64,000 bases of DNA from positions 19,034,001-19,098,000 of the forward strand of contig NC_043021.1 of NCBI RefSeq assembly GCF_006345805.1, written 5' to 3'. A model generated the notes under the pieces. That model did no database searches. It saw only the letters and a list, made by a program, of their open reading frames with translations, and was not told where the DNA came from. This stretch comes from Octopus sinensis. Taxonomy: Eukaryota. Shown here piece after piece: positions 12,356 to 25,427 of the stretch. Numbering within the stretch: the stretch's first letter is position 1; every line of letters starts with the position of its first letter. A program made the position numbers and the translations under genes.

Positions 12356-13660
12356 TAAATGATTTCAGGTAAATTCAGTACCAAACCAAATATCCAGCAA
12401 GCTTGGGACCAGAATTGGCCCAGGTTTCTGGATTCTTAGTGTTCTGGAAACAGCTTAACCCTCTAGGCATTTAATCAAGCCATATCCAGCCCAAATATTC
12501 TACCTGTTTTAATCTTCAAACTGACTGGATCCAGCCTCTCATACCTACCCTACAAAGTCATTCTAAAAAATACAAACAATAGGCGTAGGAGTGGCTGTGT
12601 GATAAGTAGCTTGCTTACCAACCACATGGTTCTGGGTTCAGTCCCACTGCGTGGCACCTTCGGCAAGTGTCTTCTACTATAGCCTGTCTATCTATATATA
12701 TATTATATACATATATGTATGTGTATATGTTTGTGTGTCTGTGTTCATCCCCCCAACGATGCTGGTGTGTGTACGACCCCGTAACTTAGCGGTTCGGCAA
12801 AAAGAGACCGATAGAATAAGTACTAGGCTTACAAAGATTTGCTCGACTAAAGGCGGTGCTCCAGCATGGCCGCAGTTAAACGACTGAAACAAATAAAAGA
12901 GTAAGCCAGAAACATTAGGACGGCAGGCGAAATGCTTACGTTCTGAGTTCAAATTCTCCCGAGGTCGACTTTGCCTTTCATCCTTTCGGGGTCGATTAAA
13001 TAAGTAACAGTTACGCACTGGGGTCGATATAATCGACTTAATCCGTATGTCTGTCTTTGTTTGTCCTCTCTGTGTTTAGCCATTTGTGGGTAGTAAAGAA
13101 ATAGGTATTTCGTCTGCCGCTACGTTGTGAGTTCAAATTCCCCCGAGGTCGACTTTGCCTTTCATCCTTTCGGGGGTCAAGTAAATAAGTACCAGTTACA
13201 CACTGGGGTCGATATAATCGACTTAATCCGTATGCCTGTCCTTGTTTGTCCTCTCTGTGTTTAGCCCCTTGTGGACAGTAAAGAAATAGGTATTTTATTT
13301 AACTCGTGCAGGTACAAATTAGAACTCTTCTAAAGCATAGCATGTTTAATCTTTATTAATCTATACAAAAATGCATGTGTATATATATATATATATTGTG
13401 CGTTTATTTATGTATGTATGTTTGTGTCTCCTTGTCTTGATGACATTGTGTGATAGTTGTAAATGAGTGTCACTGTCATACAAGCAGTGTCGTTCGTTTC
13501 CAATATTCTGCAAGAACATGACTAGTCATGGGGAAATATTACCTTAAGTTGTAAAACAGGTGAGGGTTGGTCAGAAGCCGGTCAGCCAGCCAAAGAAAAT
13601 CTCCCTCAACAAACTGTATTCCAGCCCATGCAAGCATGGAAAAGTAGACGTGACAGTGAT

Positions 13661-13693
<33 letters not shown>

Positions 13694-13901
13694 TTTCTCA
13701 CTCTCTCCCTCTTCTCTCTCACACACACACCCTCTCTCTTACACACACTCTCAGTCTCTCCCTCTTTCTCTCTCACACACACCCTCTCTCTCTCACACAC
13801 TTTCTCACTCTCTCCCTCTTTCTCTCACACACATACACACTCTCCCTCTTTCTCTCTCACACACACATACGCAAAAATACACTCACTCTCTTACTCTCTG
13901 A

Positions 13902-14228
<327 letters not shown>

Positions 14229-14519
14229 TAACCGTTTTCTCAAATTTCTTAAATCACCAAATTGTTGTCCTTGTTTCACATAGGTGCAGGCATGTGGCTG
14301 TGTGGTTAGGAGGATGATTGTTTTCCAGCCACATGGTTCCAGGTTCAGTCCCACTGCATGTCACCTGAGGCAAGATTTGTTTCTACTATAGCCTTAGGAT
14401 GACCAAAGCCTTGTAAGTGGGTTTGGTAGACGGAAACTGAAAGAAGCCCGTTGTGTATATATATATATATATATGTGTATGTGTGTGGTAAGAAGTTTGC
14501 TTTCCAACCACATGGTTTC

Positions 14520-15000
14520 AGTCGAAATGTCAGCCTTTGAAATGCATTTTCATCTTGGGAAAGAGGTGGAAGTCTGCGGGTGCTAAATCTGGTGAAAAGG
14601 GCAGGTGCAGAAGCGATACCATGTTTTTAGCACAAAACTCACAAGTGAAGGGAGATCATTGGCAAGGTACATTGTCGTCATGAAGAATACAATTCTTTGC
14701 GCTGCACAGATCCAGTTGTTTCTGCCAAATGTCCTCCACCAAATTCTTCAAAACATTGCGGTAGAACTCTCAATTTACAGTCTGGTTCTGGGGAACAAAT
14801 TCTCGGTGCACAATACCACAGATCTTGGGGGAAAAACGTTGAGCATGCTCTTAATTGAGCTGCGGCACTTTTGTGCCTTTTGAAGCACCCGTGACTCTCG
14901 AAACATTGCATACGGCCCATTGCCTTGTTGCGGTAAGCTTGCCGAAGCATGCTCAATGCCTCTGTAGCAGACTTCCCAAGTTTCACACAAACTTCCACAT
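14520..15000 (-). pseudogene. Internally deleted mariner transposase relic
   Basis: Minus: VCVKLGKSATEALSMLRQAY fused to IKSML..; C-terminal ILHDDNVP..PFSPDLAPADFHLFPKMK. Confidence 0.85.
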
Positions 15001-15002
15001 AT

Positions 15003-15540
<538 letters not shown>

Positions 15541-15764
15541 TATTGGTTCTTTGTTCCCGTCCATGATAAAATCACAGACTACACATGAACACAAAAACAC
15601 AAATTTCACAACTTACAAAGGTCACTGCTGGCTTTCACTGCACAGGCAGCCATGTGCTGCTACCTGTTGGCACGCTACAAAACTAGTCCAAGAACTTTTT
15701 GGTATCACCTCATATATGTAATATTTGTGTATTATATAAGTAATTATTAAATTATGTATTATGC

Positions 15765-15930
15765 ATCTATATTTAAGAGATGAGGAATTATGTACAATAT
15801 TCACATTTGATGAATATTTGTCCTCATCTTGTTTGTTAACACAACATTTCAGCTGATATACCCTCCAGCCTTCATCAGGTGCCTTGGGGAAATTTTGAAC
15901 CGGGATTCTCATTCCTAAAGTATTTTTCAA

Positions 15931-15968
<38 letters not shown>

Positions 15969-16035
15969 TCACTGCCTGGAATTGAACTCGGAATCTTGGG
16001 GTTGATAGCCCGTCCTCTTTACTGCTACGCCATAT
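15765..16035 (-). mobile_element. tRNA-headed SINE carrying a hammerhead (family A, copy 1)
   Basis: Reverse complement of 16042-16279: A/B-box head, (AAT)n linker, hammerhead at 15838-15883. Confidence 0.85.
15838..15883 (-). ncRNA. Minimal type-I hammerhead (family A)
   Basis: Minus: GGCAC-CUGAUGA-A-GGCUG(GAGGGUAUAU)CAGCU-GAAA-UG-UU-GUGUU. Confidence 0.7.
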
Positions 16036-16041
16036 ACTCAT

Positions 16042-16279
16042 GGGCATGTGGTGTAGTGGATAAGAGTGTGGGCTATTAACCCCAAGATTCCGAGTTCGAT
16101 TCCAGGCAGTGACCTAAATGATAATTATAATAATAGCATCAAAAAATACCTTAGGAATGAGAACCCAAGTTCAAAATTTCCCCCAAGACACCTGAGGAAG
16201 GCTGGAGGGTATCTCAGCCGAAACGTTGTGTTAACAACAAACAAGATGAGGACAGATATCCATCAAATGTAAATAATGA
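16042..16279 (+). mobile_element. tRNA-headed SINE carrying a hammerhead (family A, copy 2)
   Basis: TGGTGTAGTGG A box, GAGTTCGATTCC B box, (AAT)-rich linker, hammerhead at 16187-16232. Confidence 0.85.
16187..16232 (+). ncRNA. Minimal type-I hammerhead (family A), sense to PKC pre-mRNA
   Basis: GACAC-CUGAGGA-A-GGCUG(GAGGGUAUCU)CAGCC-GAAA-CG-UU-GUGUU; AACGUU palindrome in place of helix III; predicted cut after 16227. Confidence 0.75.
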
Positions 16280-16511
16280 ACTCTACTAGCTAGTATAAAT
16301 AAACATGTGCAGAACAGTCTGAGAAGAGTGTCATACGTACAGTCATAGTGTAGAGGTCGTAGGAATTATTGAATAGAGATATCGTGGAGTGCTTGTTGAA
16401 GATACACAGTTGGAGAGTAATAAGAGAAGATCAAGAAATGTTTGATATCATAACAGTTCAGATATAACAGTGATGATGAGAAGTCATATGTCGTAGCTGT
16501 GATACCAGTGC

Positions 16512-16785
16512 TGGTGGCACATAAGAGAACCATCCGAACGTGGCCGTTACCAGCCTCACCTGCCCTCCGTGCCGGTGGTACATAAAAAGCACCATCCGAT
16601 CGTGGCCGTTTGCCAGCCTCGCCTGGCCTCCGTGCCGGTGGCACGTAAAAAGCACCATCCGATCGTGGCTGTTTGCCAGCCTTGCCTGGCCTCCGTGCCG
16701 GTGGCACGTAAAAAGCACCATCCGATCGTGGCCGTTTGCCAGCCTCGTCTGGCACCTGTGCCGGTGGCACGTAAAAAGCACCCAC
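16512..16785. repeat. 63-bp minisatellite (~4 units) inside the (GAT)n-tailed retroposon
   Basis: Unit TGGCACGTAAAAAGCACCATCCGATCGTGGCCGTTTGCCAGCCTCGCCTGGCCTCCGTGCCGG; 21-codon periodicity in the ORF track. Confidence 0.9.
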
Positions 16786-17173
16786 TACAATCATGGAGTG
16801 GTTGGCGTTAGGAAGGGCATCCAGCCGTAGAAACATTGCCAGATCAGACTGGGCCTGGTGCAGCCTTCTGGCTTCCCAGACCCCAGTTGCACTGCACCGT
16901 CCAACCCATGCCAGCATGGAAAGCGGACGCTAACGATGATGATGATGATGATCTCCTGATCCATGGAAAATTTGTCTTGCATGAAACCACTCTGTGGATG
17001 TCAGAAATGGTTGGGCAACATTGCCATACATGTTCCATTACTACTCAAACCATTTTAAGTTATATAACAAGACATAGTTTCCATGTATAAAAACCAATTT
17101 GTTTTCATTTTGATGTAAGTATTGAGTTTGTTCATTATTCTCTCCCTTTTTTTAAAAATCTCTCCAATCTTAG

Positions 17174-17323
17174 TTTATGACAAAGAACCCTTCCAGACGT
17201 CTGGGCTGTGTTAAATCTCACGGAGAGGAAAGGGCTATTCTTGTTCATCCATTCTTCCATGACAAAATTGACTGGGATGCTTTGGAACAAAGGAAGGTGA
17301 AACCTCCATTTAAACCTAAAATT
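17174..17323 (+). CDS. PRKCE: PKC-epsilon-like exon (start of AGC C-tail)
   Basis: cttAG acceptor; [50 protein letters not shown]; donor GTAAGT at 17324. Confidence 0.96.
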
Positions 17324-17412
17324 GTAAGTAATGTTTCCATTGGATGGATTTCTTTGATTTGTTTTGTTTTGTTTTGTTGAATCTTTCATACTATATGTGT
17401 GTGGGTGTGAAT

Positions 17413-17444
<32 letters not shown>

Positions 17445-17445
<1 letters not shown>

Positions 17446-18235
17446 GGTGGCGAGCTGGCAGAAACGTTAGCATGCCGGGCGAAGTGCTTAACAGTATTTT
17501 GTCTGCCGTTATGTTCTGAGTTCAAATTCCGCCGAGGTCGACTTTGCCTTTCATCCTTTGGGGTCGATTGAATAAGTACCAGTTATGCACTGGGGTCGAT
17601 GTAATCGACTTAATCTGTTTGTTTGTCCTCTCTGTGTTTAGCCCCTTGTGGGTAGTAAAGAAATAAGTATTTTGTCTGACATTACGTTCTGAGTTCAAAT
17701 TCCACTGAGGTTGACTTTGCCTTTCATCCTTTCAGGGTCGATAAATAAAGTACCAGTTTCGCACTGGAGTCATTGTGATCAACTTAATCCCTTTGTCTGT
17801 CCCCTCTATGTTTAGCCCCTTGTGGGCAATAAAGAAATAAGAAACGTTTGCATGCTAGGGAAAGTGCTTAGCAGCATTTCGTCTGCCGCTATGGTCTGAA
17901 TTCAAATTCCGCCAAGGTCAACTTTGCCTTTCATCCTTGATAAATTAAGTACCAGTTATGCACAGGAGTCGATATAATCAACTTAATCCATATGTCTATC
18001 CTTGTATGTCCTCTCTGTGTTTAGCCCCTTGTGGGTCGTAAAGAAATTGTTATTTCATCTGCCGTTACGTTTTGAGTTCAAATTCCACCGAGGTCGACTT
18101 TGCCTTTCATCCTTTCGGGGTCGATTAAATAAGTACCAACAAATCACTGGGGTCGATATAATCGACTTAATCCGTTTATCTGTCCTTGTTTGTCCTCTCT
18201 GTGTTTAGCCCCTTGTGGGTAGTAAAGAAATAAGA
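17445..18235 (+). mobile_element. Head-to-tail array of four Meta-domain SINE units
   Basis: One full unit then 5'-truncated units joined at AAAGAAATA(A/G)G junctions; similar arrays 12905-13290, 29082-29677(-), 32205-32620(-), 40873-41280. Confidence 0.85.
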
Positions 18236-18366
18236 AATCTCTGGAACTGCTTCTACTGGAAAAACAATAACTGTCTTATTCTTGTCCACTTGTTTTGTTT
18301 GTTTTGTTGTTGTTGTTTTCGATATATTTTTAAGTTGTTTTTTTTCTTTTTCTTCTTCGCCTACAG

Positions 18367-18588
18367 AAAAGTCGAACAGATGCCAACAACTTTGACAAAG
18401 ATTTTACGACAGAGGAACCAACCTTAACACCAATCGAGAGTCAAACAGTATCAGCAATTAATCAGGAGGAATTCCACGGATTTTCGTTTATCAATGTGGA
18501 CTATGGCCGGCTGGGGACTGGCGGTCCGACTGGGACGGCTGTGGTGGCAGCTGGCGGAGGAGGGGCAGCGGCAGCAGCACCCCATTAA
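18367..18588 (+). CDS. PRKCE: PKC-epsilon-like last coding exon (turn motif, hydrophobic motif, Gly/Ala tail, stop)
   Basis: pyrimidine tract + ctacAG; [76 protein letters not shown]. Ser in FxxFSF argues against atypical PKC. Not in the ORF track. Confidence 0.95.
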   Translation, partial: KSRTDANNFDKDFTTEEPTLTPIESQTVSAINQEEFHGFSFINVDYGRLGTGGPTGTAVVAAGGGGAAAAAPH

Positions 18589-19235
18589 CTGGACACAATT
18601 AAGAGTATTAAACCCCACCCCCCCATAAACTCTCGCACACACACATGTATACATACACAGACACACACACACGTTCATACAGATGCATGCACGGAGACTG
18701 ACAGATGTCTACCCCTTTCCGTAATATCATCACACACACACCATACACACACACTCACATGCTCACATGCACAAGCAGACACACACACACACGCGCGCAA
18801 ACACATTAGCCGCCTCCAAAAATACATAACACCACCACCACCACCACCACACACATACTCACAAACACACACGCACTCATGAACTCTCACACATGCACGC
18901 ACACACACACACACACACACACCGACACGTACATTCTCAACCATGACAAACATGTGTATACACATGTAGCCCCCCCCACCCTGCCACCCTCTCCCCCCCC
19001 CACACACACACATACATACACAAAAGCATAGTATCATACATATATATATATACACATGTACATACATGCACAGATACGCACACACTCATATGCACACACA
19101 CACACAAAAGCATAGTATCATACATATATATACACATCTACACACACAACTTAGTGACTATGAATATTGAGTAACACTGGATCAACTCAGAAATACATCA
19201 GTTTGCATACAGACTCTCTTTCTCTCTCCGACACA

Positions 19236-19271
<36 letters not shown>

Positions 19272-20030
19272 CCTCAGGCATATAAGCATAAGTGTATATA
19301 TGTGCGTATATATGTATATCTATCTGTCTATCACTGTGTATGTGTGTGTGAGTATATATATATATATATAATGTTTGTCCCCTCTGTGTTTAGCCCCTTG
19401 TGGGTAGTAAAGAAATATATGCGATGATGAATCAGTGGCGCAGGAGTGGCTGTGTGGTAAGTAGCTTGTCTACCAACCGCATGGTTCCGGGTTCAGTCCC
19501 ACTGCGTGGCACCTTGGGTAAGTGTCTTCTACTATAGCCTCGGGCCGACCAAAGCCTTGTGAGTGGATTTGGTAGACGGAAACTGAAAGAAGCCCGTCGT
19601 ATATGTGTATGCGTGTGTGTGTTTGTGTGTCTGTGTTTGTCCCCCTAGCATTGTTGACAACCGATGCTGTTGTGTTTATGTCCCCGTCACTTAGCGGTTC
19701 GGCAAAAGAGACCGATAGAATAAGTACTGCGGCTTACAAAAGAATAAGTCCCGGGGTCGAGTTGCTCGATTAAGGCGGTGCTCCAGCATGGCCGCAGTCA
19801 AATGACTGAAACAAGTAAAAGAGAAAGAGAGAGGGTTTCTGACTGAAGAACGAAGGCTTTGAATGACCCGTCTGTCTCTTATGTTCGTCCCTTCGTGTAT
19901 TTCACGTTATTTATATATGTAAAGGTTTATTCTATATATATATATATATATATACATGTTTATATATACCAAAGTAAGCACATAATGCAAAACAAGGTGG
20001 AAAAAAATAGTACTCAAATACCAGAGGTAA

Positions 20031-20177
20031 AGTAATATGCTTTATTAAAGAAGCAGCAAAAATATCACAAAAGCTGTTACTCAGAGTTTCACGTTCCCGT
20101 TCGTCCAAACAGGAACATGAAACTCTGAGTAACAGTTTTTGTGATATTTTTGTTGCTTTTTCATAAAGCATATTACT
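20031..20177. repeat. 147-bp fold-back with a degenerate hammerhead (family C)
   Basis: Arms AGTAATATGCTTTA..CAGAGTTTCA / TGAAACTCTG..TAAAGCATATTACT. Confidence 0.85.
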
Positions 20178-20184
20178 ATATGTT

Positions 20185-20217
<33 letters not shown>

Positions 20218-20491
20218 TTATATATAGATATATATATATACACATTTATATATAGATATATGTATGCGTGTGTGTGTGTGTATGTATATATATACATGTG
20301 TGTGTGTGTATGTATATGTGTGTGTGTATATATATATATATATACATGTGTGTGTGTATGTATATGTGTGTGTGTGTATATATATATACATGTGTGTGCG
20401 TATGTATATATGTGTGTATATATAACAATTATTTTTTGTAATGAGATTAAAACCAAGGCTGTGTAGAGTTTAGAACATTTATTGATAGAAG

Positions 20492-20539
20492 GTCTAACAG
20501 CTGTTTCCAGTATATTTATTATATCCCTTCATCAGAGAC
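20492..20539 (-). ncRNA. Minimal type-I hammerhead (family B, copy 2; weakened helix II)
   Basis: Minus: GUCU-CUGAUGA-A-GGGAUAU(AAUAA)AUAUACU-G-GAAA-CAGCUG-UU-AGAC; same CCAAGGCTGTGT flank as the 7551 copy. Confidence 0.7.
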
Positions 20540-21510
20540 AGTGTGAGAGGATGGTTAAGAAATAGTTAATTTAGATAAAATATAAAATAGAGAGTGAGGT
20601 GGAGGAAAGAAAAGAAAATAGGTGTGAGATATTTAGGGATATTATATTTGTAGATCCATTTTTTTGTAGGCAGAATGGTATACATATAAGATTCCAATAC
20701 CTATGAGTGAAATCTAATATGTGGATATATATTTGTATGTATATATGTATGTATATGTATATATATGTGTGTATCCATATATATGTATACATATATCTAT
20801 ATATGCATGTATATGTATAGATATATATGTGTGTGTATATATATATATGCATGTATATATGTATATATATACATGTGTATATGTGTATATATTTATGTAT
20901 GTATATATGTGTGTATATATTTATGTATGTATGTGTATATATATACATAGATATGTGTGTATGTATATATGTATATGTAGATATATATATGTGTGTATGT
21001 ATATGTGTATATATATGTGTGTATGTATGTATATGTGTGTGTGTGTATGTATATATATATGCATATATGTGTGTGTGTATGCATATATGTGTGTGTGTGT
21101 GTATATATATATGCATATATGTGTGTGTATATATATGTATGCATATATATATATGCATACATACCCTTTTACTCTCTTTATGCCATGTACTCCTTCATAT
21201 CCGTCATATACAAACACACCTGTTCTGTATCTTAGTTGTATACACATACATACACATATTGTCTCCTCTCCACCCCATTCTTGGCCTTGCATAATTACAC
21301 ACCCACCTACCCAGTCCCTATGCATACACAAGCCTACACACATGTCTGTATATTTGTATGTACGCATGCTGTATGCATGCATGCATGCATGCATGCATGC
21401 ATGCATGCATGCATGCATGCATGCATGCATGCCATGAATGTATGCATGCATGATGCATACATGTATGTATGCATGTATGCATACATGTATGTATGCATGT
21501 ATGCATGCAT

Positions 21511-21610
21511 NNNNNNNNNNNNNNNNNNNNNNNNNNNNNNNNNNNNNNNNNNNNNNNNNNNNNNNNNNNNNNNNNNNNNNNNNNNNNNNNNNNNNNNNNN
21601 NNNNNNNNNN
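21511..21610. other. Assembly gap (100 N)
   Basis: Run of N next to a palindromic (TGCA)n/(TATG)n tract. Confidence 1.
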
Positions 21611-21663
21611 AAATCACAAGCCTGTATATGTCATACATAAACGTATGGTCATCATACACAAAA

Positions 21664-21695
<32 letters not shown>

Positions 21696-22451
21696 ATAAT
21701 ATATCTATATATATATATATATATACATACACACATGCATATATATATATATATATGTATACACATGCATACAGACACATTACTGTGTATATAAAATGCA
21801 AACACGTGCACTCCACATGTAATCATAACATATACAATATCTACATATACCACATACACACATGCATACACATACAGCCACACACCACCTAAACATATAT
21901 ATAAACACATGTAATATTTAAAATCCCAAATACACGTGCATACGCATTTCCACCACACCCATACTACCCGCTTGTCTGTATATATGTATGTAAGCCTAGT
22001 TTAAGAAAATGCATAATTAATTTATATAATATATATATATATATATATATGTGTGTATATATATTATATATTATATAATATGCCACTGTTCTGAAGATTG
22101 GTTGTTGAACGACACGGATATAGCTGAAGGAGAACTTTATTTATTTCTTAATGATAATAACCATAATGAGAATATTGTTATTATTGTTTTTTTTTTGTTT
22201 ACTGATGATGAAGAAAAAGAAGAGGAAAAAAACGCTTAAACACACTTACTTACACACACGTGCATGCATACATACGTGCAATGACACACACACATACATA
22301 TGCGCACCCACATATGCACACATCCATGCATACATGCACACTCGTTATGTACGTTACGAACGTATGTTATGAACGTACGTGCACCGCAAACTCGAAAAAC
22401 GTTTTCAAACAGAAAGAACAACAAAAATATGTGGAAAAAAAAAAAAAAAAA

Positions 22452-22494
<43 letters not shown>

Positions 22495-22502
22495 GAAGAA
22501 AT

Positions 22503-22534
<32 letters not shown>

Positions 22535-23602
22535 CAGGAAAAGATTAAAAAAAAAAAAAGAAAAAAATTTGAAGAAGTATATGTTATGAGTTCAGTATGT
22601 GTCTATTATCTAACAGTCTTTTGCATTTCACAGGAAAAAAAACAAAGAAATCTTTGACTGAAAATTGCTAAGTACCAACCTGAGGAAAAAAAAAAAATAA
22701 TAATAATAATAACAGTTATCAAAATTTAAAGAAATAATAATAATGATGATGATAATAATAAAAATAATAACACTGATGGATAATGATGAGGATGATGTTA
22801 ACGATGATGATGATGGTGATTATGATGTTAAAGATGATGATGATGAAATTAACGATGATAATGATGATGAAGAGGAGTAAGAGGATGAGAATGGAAAAAG
22901 TGAACATTAAATCGACATCTTAGTGCACTCTGGAGAAGTTGGAACTTTCTTCAATTTTTTTTTTTTTGTTTTTCTTTCTTTTCTTCCTTCCTTCCTTCAT
23001 TTTTTTTTTTTTTTCTCTGCTGGTTTGTAAAAATTATTTTTTTAAAAAACAAAGTCTGCACGCATGAACAACAACAACTACAAAAAAAAAAAGAAAAGAA
23101 AACCCTTCCCTACCAAAAAAAAAATAAAAATAATAATAATAAACAAAGGAAAAAGAAAAGATAAACGAAAACCCAAAATCACAAAGAACATTTGCAGAAC
23201 TGCAGAAGACCTCACAACAGAAAATCACAAACACTCATACACACACACAGCAACACAATATGATATATAGCACAACTCAACATAAAGCATCACAACAGAA
23301 TGGATACAAAAGATTACCTCACAACACCACACAACAGAATACAAAGCAATAGAAAGAGATATGATACAAAGCAACACCTCACAACAGAATGGCAAAACTA
23401 CACACAACAGAACAGACCGCATCACAACGCAAAAGAGCACTTCACAATGCAACATCACACAATCATATATATATATATACATACACACATACATATACAT
23501 GCACGTATATGTGTGTATATATATGTATATATACACACACAAACATATATACATACACACACACGTGTATATTATGTGAATGTGAATATATATATACATA
23601 CA

Positions 23603-23634
<32 letters not shown>

Positions 23635-25427
23635 CACACACGTGTATATGTACATATATACACACACGTGTGTATATGTGCATATATACACACACGTGTG
23701 TATGTATATATATATATACACACACACGTATGTATTATATATATATACACACACGTGTGTATGTATATATATATGTGTGGTCATATGTGTATATATATAC
23801 ACACACGTGTGTGCGTGTGTATATATATAACATTCTCAGAAAGCACTGCTGCAGAACAATATATAAGCATGACACATCACCACCACCACTTGGAAGCATC
23901 ATTGACCCTTTGGCATTCAAACCAGCCATATCCAACCCAAATATTCTACCTGTTTTATGTTAAAACTGGCCAGATCTGGCCTCTTACACCTGTCCTACAA
24001 TGTCATTCAAACAAAACCAAAAAAAATATTAAACAATCACCTCGTTGAAAGCTCAAAGCTATGAGATTATATACGACATGATCAATTCGCAATCAATGTG
24101 AATGAAAGAACGTTACATTTGACAGAGTAGTTTGTACCTGAATGCTTAAAGGGTTAAAAACACATCACAGCAGAGCGTTATATATATATGTATATATATT
24201 CTGCAAAACACCACCAGTAGAATACAGTACAGCATGGAAAACATAACACACATCGCCTGCCAACACACACACGCATGTCACACAACTCGAGCGCCATCAC
24301 AACAACCATACAACAGAAAGAATGAAAGAAGACGATGAGGAAGAAAAATATATAAAGAATATTTCCAAACTTTTGAACCTTTCTTCTGTGTCCAACACAT
24401 TTGAATGCACAACACATACACTCACACACACATATATATATACAACATATAATGTATTTATATATGTGTGTGTATGTATATATATAAAATATATAGTGTA
24501 TATATATTTATGTATATATATATAGATATATATAATGTATATATATATTTATGTATAGATATATATATATATAAAATATATGTATATAGTGTATATATAT
24601 ATAATGTATATATGTATATACACCCATAATATATACATATACTCGCACATATACACACACCTAAAAAATATATACACACACACACATATATAAAATACAT
24701 GTATATATTGTGTGTGTGTGTGTATATATATATATAATGTGTATATATGTATATATATATATATATACATACAAAATATATACATATAGTCACACACACA
24801 TATATACACACACAAAAAATATATACACGCACACAAAAATATATATACACACATAAAATATATATACACACTTGTCTACACTCACATACTCACACAGACA
24901 TTTACACACATACATACACAGATATGCAACTGTCTATTGAGACACGTAAGGTGGACTATATTTATATTTGTGCGTATGTATCTATCTTTCTCTATATAAA
25001 TATATATATGTATGTATATATACATGTATATGTATGTGTATATAAATATGTGTGTACATATGTGTGTGTTTGTCTGTGTATATATGTATGTGTGTATACA
25101 TATATATGAATATCTATGTATCTTTATATATATGTATGAGGAATGAATGAGTGAGCTTATAAGTGCATGAGAACGTGCAATATATAATATATAACATATA
25201 TATAATATATACATATATATTTATATATAATATATGTATGTGTATCTCGTTTGTTTAAAGACAGACATGTATATATATGTACATATATACAAGCATTCTC
25301 TGTATGTATATATTCATATATCAATGTATATATATATGTGTGTGTTTGCATGTGTAATATATATAATGTATGTATGTGTATGCATATATATGTATATATA
25401 GTGTTTGAATATATGTATGCATGTATA

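Noticed and set aside
16512-16785. CRISPR-like regular repeats (63-bp and 150-bp arrays)
   Set aside because: Contiguous tandem units without unique spacers, eukaryotic context, no cas genes.
21370-21510. Palindromic (TGCA)n tract as a functional element
   Set aside because: Simple repeat abutting an assembly gap; true length and context unknown.
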